From: Puniceicoccales bacterium
Lineage (GTDB): Bacteria > Verrucomicrobiota > Verrucomicrobiia > Opitutales > JAIRKQ01
Direction of reading: 5' to 3'
NCBI GenBank assembly: GCA_031281895.1
Contig: JAITET010000061.1
Span: 1-33,684 of the forward strand
DNA: 33,684 nt
The notes beneath the pieces are model-generated. The model did not search any database and was not told the origin of the DNA. It saw only the letters and a program-made list of their open reading frames with translations. Made by a program: the position numbers and the translations under genes. The stretch's first letter is position 1, and every line of letters begins with the position of its first letter. This document shows positions 1 through 7,913 of the stretch, one piece after another.

Positions 1-3000
1 GTTTGGGCCATTCAGTGCAAATTCTATGCCGAGGATCATACTTTGCAAAAAAGTGACATTGACAGCTTTTTCACCGCCTCTGGGAAAAAGATATTCGGTG
101 GGCGCATGATCATTTCCACGACGAACAATTGGAGCAGACACGCGGAGGAGGCGTTGGAAGACCAACGCACGCCGGTCACCGTGATCTACCTGTCAGATTT
201 GGGAAATAGCCAAATCGATTGGAATAGCATCAATTTTGGTACAGACGCGGCGAGGCTAAAACCGAAGAAAGTTCTGCGAGACCACCAAAAATTAGCAGTG
301 AAGGATGTGTGTGAGGGATTTAATAACAGCGATCGCGGGCAACTCCTAATGGCCTGTGGAACAGGAAAGACGTTCACAAGTCTGAAGATCGCAGAATGCG
401 TGGCTGGTGCCGGAGGGAAAGTTTTGTTTCTCGTTCCTAGCTTGGCATTGCTGTCCCAGGCGTTGACGGAATGGACCCAGGAGAGCGAAATTCCGCTGGA
501 CAGTTTCGCGGTGTGCTCCGACGATGACGTGGGGAAAAAGAAGAGTCGCAGCGATGATTCGCTCTCGGTCCACATCAGTGAACTGCGCTATCCCGCTACC
601 ACGAAAGCTGACCAGTTGGCCAAAGAATTCAACGGTCGCCATGTCTCGAATCACATGGGCGTGGTTTTTGGCACGTACCATTCCATTGCCGTGATCAGTG
701 ACGCCCAACGCAAATACGGATTTCCAAAATTCGATCTCATCATATGCGATGAGGCACACCGCACGACGGGAGTGGCGCTCGATGACAACGATGAGAGCCA
801 TTTTACCCGCGTGCACAATGGGGACTACATTCGTGGGGAAAAGCGGCTGTACATGACGGCAACGCCGCGAGTTTACACAGATTCGGCGAAGGCGCGGGCA
901 AAGGGCGGAGACATCGAGATGTTTTCCATGGACAACGGCGCAACCTATGGGCCGGTTTTTCACACAATAACTTTCTCGGAAGCGGTGCGGCGCGGGCTCC
1001 TTGTAGATTACAAAGTGATCGTACTGTCGGTGCCGGAATCCTTCGCCAGCCGCCGCCTGCAGAGCCTACTGAGCGATGAAAATAATCAACTCCGCGTCGA
1101 CGATGCCGCCAAAATAATCGGCTGCTGGAAAGCCCTCGCCAAATACGGATTGGAGGGAGACTTGCCTGATGGCAGCCATTCCATGCGACGGGCGGTGGCA
1201 TTTTGCCAGGTCATAGAAAAGAGCCGCGGCAATGTCCACAAAGTCAAGTCCAAGGAAATTGTGGAAATGTTTCCCAAGGTCGTTGAGGCCTACAAAAGTG
1301 CAGATTTGGAAGACGGGGCCATTGATTTGACATGCGAAGTGGAGCACATCGATGGGATGATGAATGCCGCGCAGAAGGAGGAAAAGCTCAGCTGGCTGAG
1401 GGACGATCTCCCGCCAAACACCTGCAGAATTCTCAGCAACGTGCGCTGCCTGTCCGAGGGAGTTGATGTGCCGTCCCTAGACGCCGTACTTTTTCTCGCG
1501 CCGAGGAAATCGCAGGTTGATGTCATTCAGGCTGTCGGCCGCGTGATGAGGACGTCACCCGGGAAGAAATTGGGTTACATAATTTTGCCAATTGTTGTTC
1601 CCGTCGGTATGGATCCCTATGAAGCCCTGGATAACAACGATATCTATGCCGTCGTTTGGCAGGTGCTGAAGGCGTTGAAGGCCCACGATAATCGCTTCGA
1701 TGCGATGATAAACAAATTGGATCTGACCAGCGCGTGGCTGGATCAGATGGAAATTATAATCGTCGGCGATCCGATTTTCCAAAAAACTAGTCCCAAATCT
1801 CCTGGAGTTGGAAATTTTTCCATAGGAACGGAGGCAGTGCTGGAAGATTCTTCGCAGCTTACACTTGGTTCGATGCAAATTGAAATTGGCGATCTCGAAA
1901 GGGCAATGCGTGCGAAAATCGTGGACAAGGTCGGCAATCGCTGCCACTGGGAGGATTGGGCAAATGACATCGCGCAGATCGCGAATCGGCACATCGATCG
2001 CATCAAAGGGATTTTGGAGAACGAAAAGAATGTCAGGGAGCGGGAGGCATTTTTCAACTTCGCCGATGAGCTGCGCGACGATCTGAATGACAGCATCAGC
2101 GACGACGAAGTCATTGAAATGCTGGCGCAGCACATGATCACACAACCGGTGTTCGAGGCGCTTTTCAAGGACTACAGTTTCGCGAAAAACAATCAGGTGT
2201 CGGTTGCGATGCAGAAGATTTTGGAAATCCTCCACGAACATCACTTGGAAAAGGAGGCGGACACTTTGCAAGGTTTCTACGACGACGTAAAAATGCGGGC
2301 TGAAGGCATTGACAACGCCGCCGGCCGGCAGAAGATAATTTTGGAGCTATATAATAAATTCTTCCAAAATGCGTTCCCGAAAATGGCGGAAAGACTTGGA
2401 ATCGTCTACACTCCCATTGAAATCGTGGATTTCATCCTCCACAGCGTCGATCACCTCCTGCGGATGGAATTCGGCGAAACTTTTAGCAGCGAAAATGTGA
2501 AAATAATTGATCCCTTCGTCGGCACCAGGACCTTCATCACGCGTCTGCTGCAGAGCGGATTGATTTCCAAGGAAGCGCTGGCGGGCAAGTACAAATCGGA
2601 TATCTACGCCAATGAGATCGTTTTGTTGGCGTACTACATCGCCGCGACAAACATCGAGTCAACGTACCATGATTTGGTCGGCGGAGAATATCAGCCCTTC
2701 AACGGCATTTGCTTGACCGACACGTTCCAACTGCACGAGAAGGATGATTTGATCAGCCAAATGCTCGTGGAGAACAGCGATCGCCGCATTCGGGAAAAAT
2801 CGACGGACATCCACATAATCGTGAGCAATCCGCCCTATTCCATCGGTCAAAAGAGTGCGAACGACAATAACGCCAACGTTAAATACCAAAACCTCGATTC
2901 CCGCATATGCAAAACCTACATGAAGCGTTCTGTAAAACACAACAAACGGTCGCTTTACGATAGCTACATTCGCGCAGTTCGCTGGGCCAGCGACCGCATT

Positions 3001-4662
3001 GGCAAGCGTGGGATAATTGGATTCGTCACAAATGCCGGATTTTTGGATTCCGCGTCCGCCGATGGTATGAGGAAATGTTTGGCCGAGGAATTTTCCAATA
3101 TTTATATTTTTCACTTGCGAGGGAACGCACGCACTTCCGGGGAATTACGCCGCAAGGAAAGCGGTAATGTTTTCGGCGAAGGTAGCAGATCACCAGTTGC
3201 CATATCAATGCTTGTAAAAAATCCGCACTCGGCAGAACATGGACGCATTTATTTCCACGATATCGGAGACTATCTCAACCGCGAAGAGAAATTGGAGAAG
3301 ATAAAAATCTTCAGTGACATTTCAGGCATCGCTCGTGCCGATGGGTGGAAAATTATCACTCCGGACGAGCACGGAGACTGGCTTAATCAGCGGACCCCGG
3401 AATTTAAGTCGCACATCCCGCTTGGCAGCAAAAATGCGGCGGAAAAAGTCAAATTGTTCGAAAATTATTCCCGTGGCATCGCAACTAGCCGCGATGCCTG
3501 GTGTTATAACGCATCGAAAGGTCATCTTGGTGAAAATATGGAACGGATGATAAATTTTTATAACGGCGAAGTGAATCGGATCTTCAACGAATTTCCAACT
3601 TTGGGGAAAAAAGATTTGGTGGACAATGTAGACAAATTTATTAATCTCGATAAATCTAAAATCAGTTGGGCTTACGGTCTAAAAAAAAGCCTATTGCTAG
3701 GAAAAAGATTTAATTTTTCGGAGAAACCAATCGTCCAGAGTCTCTACCGACCATTCACAAAACAATGGTGCTATTTCGATCGAAATTTCAATGAATGTGT
3801 CTACCAAATGCCGTGCATTTTCCCAAATGGCAGCGCCGAGAATAGGGTGATTTGCGTTCCGGGAATTGGGGCAAAGTGCGAATTTTCAGCCCTTATCGCA
3901 AATGTGCTACCTTGCTTGGACAACATTGAAAAAGGGCAGTGTTTCCCATTATATTTATATGACAAGCCCTGTAAATCGCCGGAGAGCGGTTCGATGGAAC
4001 AAGATTTCTTCGATGGCACAAACGGAAAAATCTTGCAAACTCGGAGGAGTGCCATCACGGCGGAAGGACTGAAACATTTTCGAATGGCCTACCCAGCCGA
4101 AGACATTTCCGCCGAGGACATTTTCTATTATGTCTATGGGATTTTGCATTCGCCGGACTATCGGGAGCACTTCGCCAATAACCTTTCCAAGGAACTTCCA
4201 CGCATTCCACGGGTAAAATCCGCAACTGACTTTTGGGCATTCGCCTCGGCGGGGATGAAATTGGCGGACTTGCACATTAACTACGAAACGGCGGAAAAAT
4301 ATCCACTGGAAATCGTCGCCAAGGGAGATTTGACGGACAAAGACTTCGCCGTAGAGAAGAAGATACGCTATGGGACAAACCGTGACAAAACCACGCTGAT
4401 TTACAATCACAAAATCACCCTGCGGGGCGTTCCAATCGAAGTACAGGATTACATAGTCAACGGAAAATCCGCCCTGGACTGGGTCATTGAACGCCAATGC
4501 GTGAGCGTTGACAAGGACAGCGGCATCACCAATGACGCCAACCGCTGGGCCGTTGAAACCGCTCACAATCCAAAATATCCACTGGAGCTACTCCAGCGTG
4601 TGACTACCGTCAGCATGAAAACCCTAAAAATCGCCAAAAATCTGCCGAAGCTAGACGTTTAG
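1..4662 (+). CDS. Type ISP restriction-modification enzyme (Mrr-like nuclease / SF2 helicase-translocase / N6-adenine methyltransferase / C-terminal specificity domain); 5' end cut by the window
   Basis: Frame 1 is open from base 1 (VWAIQCKFYAEDHT precedes the track's TTG at 43), so the N-terminus is missing. 'IQCK' fits the QxK end of an Mrr/PD-(D/E)xK nuclease motif. SF2 helicase motifs are I 'ACGTGKTF', II 'CDEAHR', III 'MTATPR' and VI 'QAVGRVMR'. The methyltransferase has motif IV 'NPPY' and a motif I-like 'DPFVGTRTF'. The C-terminal block 'YYVYGILHSPDYREHFANNLSKELPRIP...LADLHINYE' is typical of Type ISP/IIG specificity domains. Confidence 0.85.
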   Translation, partial: VWAIQCKFYAEDHTLQKSDIDSFFTASGKKIFGGRMIISTTNNWSRHAEEALEDQRTPVTVIYLSDLGNSQIDWNSINFGTDAARLKPKKVLRDHQKLAVKDVCEGFNNSDRGQLLMACGTGKTFTSLKIAECVAGAGGKVLFLVPSLALLSQALTEWTQESEIPLDSFAVCSDDDVGKKKSRSDDSLSVHISELRYPATTKADQLAKEFNGRHVSNHMGVVFGTYHSIAVISDAQRKYGFPKFDLIICDEAHRTTGVALDDNDESHFTRVHNGDYIRGEKRLYMTATPRVYTDSAKARAKGGDIEMFSMDNGATYGPVFHTITFSEAVRRGLLVDYKVIVLSVPESFASRRLQSLLSDENNQLRVDDAAKIIGCWKALAKYGLEGDLPDGSHSMRRAVAFCQVIEKSRGNVHKVKSKEIVEMFPKVVEAYKSADLEDGAIDLTCEVEHIDGMMNAAQKEEKLSWLRDDLPPNTCRILSNVRCLSEGVDVPSLDAVLFLAPRKSQVDVIQAVGRVMRTSPGKKLGYIILPIVVPVGMDPYEALDNNDIYAVVWQVLKALKAHDNRFDAMINKLDLTSAWLDQMEIIIVGDPIFQKTSPKSPGVGNFSIGTEAVLEDSSQLTLGSMQIEIGDLERAMRAKIVDKVGNRCHWEDWANDIAQIANRHIDRIKGILENEKNVREREAFFNFADELRDDLNDSISDDEVIEMLAQHMITQPVFEALFKDYSFAKNNQVSVAMQKILEILHEHHLEKEADTLQGFYDDVKMRAEGIDNAAGRQKIILELYNKFFQNAFPKMAERLGIVYTPIEIVDFILHSVDHLLRMEFGETFSSENVKIIDPFVGTRTFITRLLQSGLISKEALAGKYKSDIYANEIVLLAYYIAATNIESTYHDLVGGEYQPFNGICLTDTFQLHEKDDLISQMLVENSDRRIREKSTDIHIIVSNPPYSIGQKSANDNNANVKYQNLDSRICKTYMKRSVKHNKRSLYDSYIRAVRWASDRIGKRGIIGFVTNAGFLDSASADGMRKCLAEEFSNIYIFHLRGNARTSGELRRKESGNVFGEGSRSPVAISMLVKNPHSAEHGRIYFHDIGDYLNREEKLEKIKIFSDISGIARADGWKIITPDEHGDWLNQRTPEFKSHIPLGSKNAAEKVKLFENYSRGIATSRDAWCYNASKGHLGENMERMINFYNGEVNRIFNEFPTLGKKDLVDNVDKFINLDKSKISWAYGLKKSLLLGKRFNFSEKPIVQSLYRPFTKQWCYFDRNFNECVYQMPCIFPNGSAENRVICVPGIGAKCEFSALIANVLPCLDNIEKGQCFPLYLYDKPCKSPESGSMEQDFFDGTNGKILQTRRSAITAEGLKHFRMAYPAEDISAEDIFYYVYGILHSPDYREHFANNLSKELPRIPRVKSATDFWAFASAGMKLADLHINYETAEKYPLEIVAKGDLTDKDFAVEKKIRYGTNRDKTTLIYNHKITLRGVPIEVQDYIVNGKSALDWVIERQCVSVDKDSGITNDANRWAVETAHNPKYPLELLQRVTTVSMKTLKIAKNLPKLDV

Positions 4663-4839
4663 GCCCTTCTTTTGGAGAGCAAATCCGCGATGGCGCCGCA
4701 GATTCGCAATAATGGCGCAAATTTGCAATGGCAATGCAAATCCGTTCTTTTTCGTTGACTTCCTTGGGCAATTGTCACCGCGACAGCTAATCCCTGCATT
4801 TATACGGTCTGGTGGTCGATTTTTGCACTGTCACTACTG

Positions 4840-5306
4840 TCACCTAAGTAGATGAACAAATTTTTCATCACGAAGTCCGAAGCGATTTGAGAAAAAACTA
4901 ACGGTTTGCAGTATTTCCTCCTTTGTTATGTGGCAACTGCGACACAGTTCGCGAATACTCAAGATACCATCGTTTCGCTTCAAAGCGTTTTTCATTCTCC
5001 GAGCGATATCTTCCGGTTTTTTTCACGTGTGAACTGCAAAATTTCCAGTTGCTTTGGAATGTAGAACTTTTCGATAATGGAAAGTGCCTTTGACATTGTT
5101 TCTTCGTCCAGCATTTTGGTATGTGCCTCCGTCTTCCACTTTCAAAGGTGTAGAATACCGGCGACGCGGATCAGCGACTCCGACCATCTCTCCACAAAAC
5201 CCCTAATGTCAGCTAAATCACCTCCAGTTTTCGTGCGTTCCTTGATCGAGTTGTTAAATATTCGGTAAATCTCATATGCAGAGCCATTTAATTCTCCAGT
5301 AGTAGC
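4840..5306 (-). pseudogene. C-terminal remnant of a DUF3987-family protein (mobile-element primase/helicase-associated), disrupted
   Basis: The minus-strand translation reads ATTGELNGSAYEIYRIFNNSIKERTKTGGDLADIRGFVERWSESLIRVAGILHL*KWKTEAHTKMLDEETMSKALSIIEKFYIPKQLEILQFTREKNRKISLGE*. The in-frame TGA lies at 5142-5144. After a frame shift a 51-codon tail follows (4995-4840): MKNALKRNDGILSIRELCRSCHITKEEILQTVSFFSNRFGLRDEKFVHLLR. The '...RVAGILHL...(I/L)..ETM..A..I...' pattern matches my memory of DUF3987 C-termini. The N-terminal two thirds of a normal ~450-aa protein are absent. Confidence 0.6.
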
Positions 5307-5363
5307 CTAAATGGGAGGGAGAGGAGCCTGGAGCCGCGGAAGAGGAAGTTAGCCAGGGATTTT

Positions 5364-5459
5364 CCAAAGATTCGTTAGAAAAAATGCTAAATTCCACAAA
5401 AGTTCATTCGAAAAAATGTTGAGGTTGGCCAAAAACTCGTTCGAAAAAGTGTGAAAATG
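5364..5459. repeat. Three imperfect tandem direct repeats (30, 35 and 31 bp)
   Basis: Copy 1 is 5364-5393 ccaaagattcgttagaaaaaatgctaaatt. Copy 2 is 5394-5428 ccacaaaagttcattcgaaaaaatgttgaggttgg. Copy 3 is 5429-5459 ccaaaaactcgttcgaaaaagtgtgaaaatg. The shared core is (T/C)TC(G/A)TT(A/C)GAAAAA(A/G)TG. Confidence 0.7.
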
Positions 5460-5556
5460 CGGCGGACGATAGCAATTTTAAGATAATGGCCAGTAAGTTG
5501 TCACCACACAACCATTGCCTACGGCGCTCGTTGTTCGTTTTGCAGCCGATGATAGA

Positions 5557-6270
5557 TTAGCCGCAAGAAAATTTAATCCATTCACTCATCACCGTGGCCA
5601 GATATTCAGAGCTTTCTTTGTCGGGGGCATAGAATTCGTGCATTTTTCCATCGAACGCGGAGGCGTAGCCAATGGCATCTACCCCTCTGTACAAAATAAA
5701 ATACTCATGGTCGTTTTGAAAATTCTTTATAAAGTTGCTTTCTTTTTCAGAAATGCACTTCAAAACCCTCAATCTATTGTATCCAAAGGCCTTTATAACG
5801 CCGTCGATGAAGCCTCTTTTCCTTATTGTGTACAGCGGGAACCCATTGATCTTTCCCTGTGAGCTTTCGTCTTTTAATATTTCCCTTTTAATTGCTGCGT
5901 ATTCATCGCGCACGTCGGGATGGGTTCTCAGGTAATCCCTGAATCCGAGATTTAATTCAATCTCAGGGTGATCTGAATCAAAGAACACATGCAGATTTAC
6001 GTTAGTATTCCCTCTTTTTACAAAGCCACCTTGCAAAGGAATGTTCCATTCTCCTTTGTATAGATACCCAATATTCTCCAGATCCACCATTGCCCTATTT
6101 CGATCCTTTGCCACCGCAATGATATCTATTTTTGGCTTGGCGGAGAGCCCAGGAATTGAAGTGGACCCGATGTGATGGATCCCAATGAGTACGGGATCCA
6201 ATAGCTTCCTTTCGGATTCGAATATCCCAGACCAGCGGGAATCATAGGGAACTATTTCGATCTTAGCCAT
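5557..6270 (-). CDS. GrpB-family (UPF0157, nucleotidyltransferase-fold) protein with a ~70-aa C-terminal extension
   Basis: 237-aa ORF. The N-terminus 'IEIVPYDSRWSGIFESE' and the 'IHHIGSTSIPGLSAKPKIDI' motif are GrpB hallmarks, as is 'FRDYLRTHPDVRDEYAAIK'. The GrpB-like part ends near residue 165. Confidence 0.8.
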   Translation of the reverse strand: MAKIEIVPYDSRWSGIFESERKLLDPVLIGIHHIGSTSIPGLSAKPKIDIIAVAKDRNRAMVDLENIGYLYKGEWNIPLQGGFVKRGNTNVNLHVFFDSDHPEIELNLGFRDYLRTHPDVRDEYAAIKREILKDESSQGKINGFPLYTIRKRGFIDGVIKAFGYNRLRVLKCISEKESNFIKNFQNDHEYFILYRGVDAIGYASAFDGKMHEFYAPDKESSEYLATVMSEWIKFSCG

Positions 6271-6315
6271 ACTTCTGCACTGAAATAATTTTCAAATACG
6301 ATGCTAGCCTAATAA

Positions 6316-6440
6316 ATGCCAATTTCGCCGATGGCGAAGGCACCGTACATGGAGGGAGCGTCGACGTTCAGACTATTCACCCTCGACGTCGGTCTGCTGT
6401 CCGCGATGGGCGGTTTATCGGGGAAAACGCTGTTGGAAAA
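6316..6440 (+). pseudogene. Fragment of an AAA-family ATPase of the DUF4143 type
   Basis: The short frame MPISPMAKAPYMEGASTFRLFTLDVGLLSAMGGLSGKTLLEKDF* contains 'FRLFTLDVGLLSAMGGLSGKTLLE'. This matches the conserved 'K(L/F)Y..DVGLL.AM.GL....LLEG' block of these ATPases as I recall it. It is only ~35 codons, is GC-richer than its flanks, and runs directly into internal IS sequence. Confidence 0.55.
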
Positions 6441-6605
6441 AGATTTCTAAAAAAACGGTCGATCGTCGAAACTATGATTGGAAGATTTAAAAATTTCTTC
6501 GGTGAAACGCTTTCCCGTTTCCGCTCCCAACAATCTGCTTATTTTGCCATTTGGGTGGCTATTATTGCTTTCAATTTGGACCCTTTATTTTGAGATTCGT
6601 GTTTC
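6437..6605 (+). mobile_element. Stump of an IS982-like element (last ~51 codons of the transposase plus the IS terminus)
   Basis: It translates to KRFLKKRSIVETMIGRFKNFFGETLSRFRSQQSAYFAIWVAIIAFNLDPLF* with the stop at 6591-6593. The full copy's C-terminus reads EKRFLKKRSIVETMIGKFKNFFGETLSRFRSPQPAYSAICAAIIAFNLGPLF*. By hand alignment, the reverse complement of 6437-6605 matches 32905-33072 with about 14 mismatches in ~163 positions. Confidence 0.85.
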
Positions 6606-6682
6606 TCAATGAAAAGAGAAGCAGCAATTCTTTCCAAGAATAATCTTTTAAAAAGGGCATACGTCATAGTATGTAGTACATA

Positions 6683-7336
6683 ATGCAAGATTTTATCACT
6701 GTGGCCATCGATGGAGCTGCGGCTTCCGGGAAAACCTCAACGGCACTGCGCATAGCCGACAAATATAAATTTCTAGTGGCGTCGACGGGTTCCTATTATC
6801 GGGCAATTGCACTGGAAATGATGACCGCCGGCATAGGTAGCGACAACGTTTCGGAAATACAACATTTCCTTGGGAAAATCGTCCTTGGGACGAAAATCAC
6901 TGGAAATATTTCAAACATAACCGTCGATGGCAAAAGTTTTGAAGAAAAAGAATTGCGGACCCAAGAGGTGAACAAAAATGTCGCCTTCTATGCCACTATT
7001 CCTATGATTAGACAACGCTTGTTGCCATACCAAAGGTCACAAATCAACGAGGCCCATGTTAATGGATTTCGGGGAGTAATCATGGAAGGTAGGGACATAA
7101 CAAGCACAATTTTACCAGACGCGGACCTACGGTTTTTCCTGGAAGCCGGTGCACAGGAACGTCTATCTCGTAGAGAAAATGACTGGGAACATGATTACAT
7201 AGCTGAACGCGATCAAATTGACGTCAGGAGAACCATACGGCAAGACGGCGTACATAAAATTGACACAGGCATCAATAACTTGGATGTTGTCGTAGCGATG
7301 ATTTCCGCCGAAATAGACAAAATTTTATCCACCTAG
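6683..7336 (+). CDS. cmk: Cytidylate kinase
   Basis: 217 aa. The N-terminal P-loop 'ITVAIDGAAASGKTS' followed by 'STGSYYRA' is the Cmk signature. 'GRDITSTILPDA' matches the 'GRDIGTVV.PDA' block. Confidence 0.9.
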   Translation: MQDFITVAIDGAAASGKTSTALRIADKYKFLVASTGSYYRAIALEMMTAGIGSDNVSEIQHFLGKIVLGTKITGNISNITVDGKSFEEKELRTQEVNKNVAFYATIPMIRQRLLPYQRSQINEAHVNGFRGVIMEGRDITSTILPDADLRFFLEAGAQERLSRRENDWEHDYIAERDQIDVRRTIRQDGVHKIDTGINNLDVVVAMISAEIDKILST

Positions 7337-7465
7337 TCTTTGCAGAAGTAACGGTTGTTTTGTGAAAAGTAGAAATTTGGACAATCCGGAAAGCGCCATG
7401 GGCAAAATATCGAAGCGGAAAGCTTTTTTAGAGCATTTGGAAGCTTTCATAGGCGAAATGGTCCA

Positions 7466-7858
7466 TTACTTGACCGTAGTGATAAAAATGGCAGAAACTA
7501 TGATGTTGCAAAAGGCAATGTAAACCGCCGCACTTGCAGTATCTTTGGCTTTCTTAGCAAGTGGAAATCTCCTATTCTGGGATGAAAAATTTACCACAGA
7601 TTCGATGGCCGTATTTAAGCATTCGGCAATTAGTAATATGAAGAAATCGACGACTAGTAGAAAAAACTTCCAACTCCATCCAAGAAACCAAAAGCAAATC
7701 GGCAAAATCACTATTCCGCATACGAGTTCCACCCGAAATGGTCGTTCGTGGCGCATAAAACGCATGCCACTGATGGAATAACTCAGCGGATTAACAATAT
7801 ATCGCCACAGGAAAACTATACACAACCTGAGCAATTTTTTAAAAATTTTCCTTTGCAT
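7466..7858 (-). CDS. dgkA: Diacylglycerol kinase (integral-membrane DgkA type)
   Basis: 130 aa with three hydrophobic segments. The motifs 'ERPFRVEL' and 'IAECLNTAIESVVN' correspond to the conserved DgkA 'E.aFRqE' and 'E.lNtAIE..vD' blocks. Confidence 0.85.
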   Translation of the reverse strand: MQRKIFKKLLRLCIVFLWRYIVNPLSYSISGMRFMRHERPFRVELVCGIVILPICFWFLGWSWKFFLLVVDFFILLIAECLNTAIESVVNFSSQNRRFPLAKKAKDTASAAVYIAFCNIIVSAIFITTVK

Positions 7859-7913
7859 GCGAAGAATTTTCGTTAACCCCCTTGCTTTAAATAAATAGAA
7901 ATTTAAGCCGCCG

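Noticed and set aside
186-4566. Many antisense or out-of-frame track ORFs inside the RM gene (e.g. 346-963, 1555-2271, 2659-3114, 3955-4566)
   Set aside because: They lie wholly within a long ORF with recognisable motifs on the other strand or frame. Their translations are Arg/Ser/Cys-rich with no recognisable motifs. They are shadow ORFs of GC-richer coding DNA.
4679-4745. GCAAAT/ATGGCGC-rich stretch just after the RM stop (gcaaatccg occurs twice; palindromic gcaaatttgc) as an operator or repeat
   Set aside because: I could define no consistent period or extended dyad, only short low-complexity recurrences. It also lies within a possible 51-codon antisense frame of no recognisable family.
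5142-5144. In-frame TGA in the DUF3987-like frame as evidence for TGA recoding (Trp/Gly/Sec)
   Set aside because: TGA clearly terminates rplC, rplN and secY in this same window. The frame also carries a separate frameshift and lacks its N-terminal two thirds. Pseudogenisation explains it.
5077-5935. Plus-strand track ORFs 5077-5268, 5515-5862 and 5735-5935
   Set aside because: They lie antisense to the DUF3987 remnant and to the GrpB gene respectively. They show no motifs and have no SD.
7418-7448. 8-bp inverted repeat GAAAGCTT...AAGCTTTC between convergent cmk and dgkA as a bidirectional terminator
   Set aside because: The loop is 15 nt and neither strand has a U-run directly after the stem. 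It is not a canonical intrinsic terminator.
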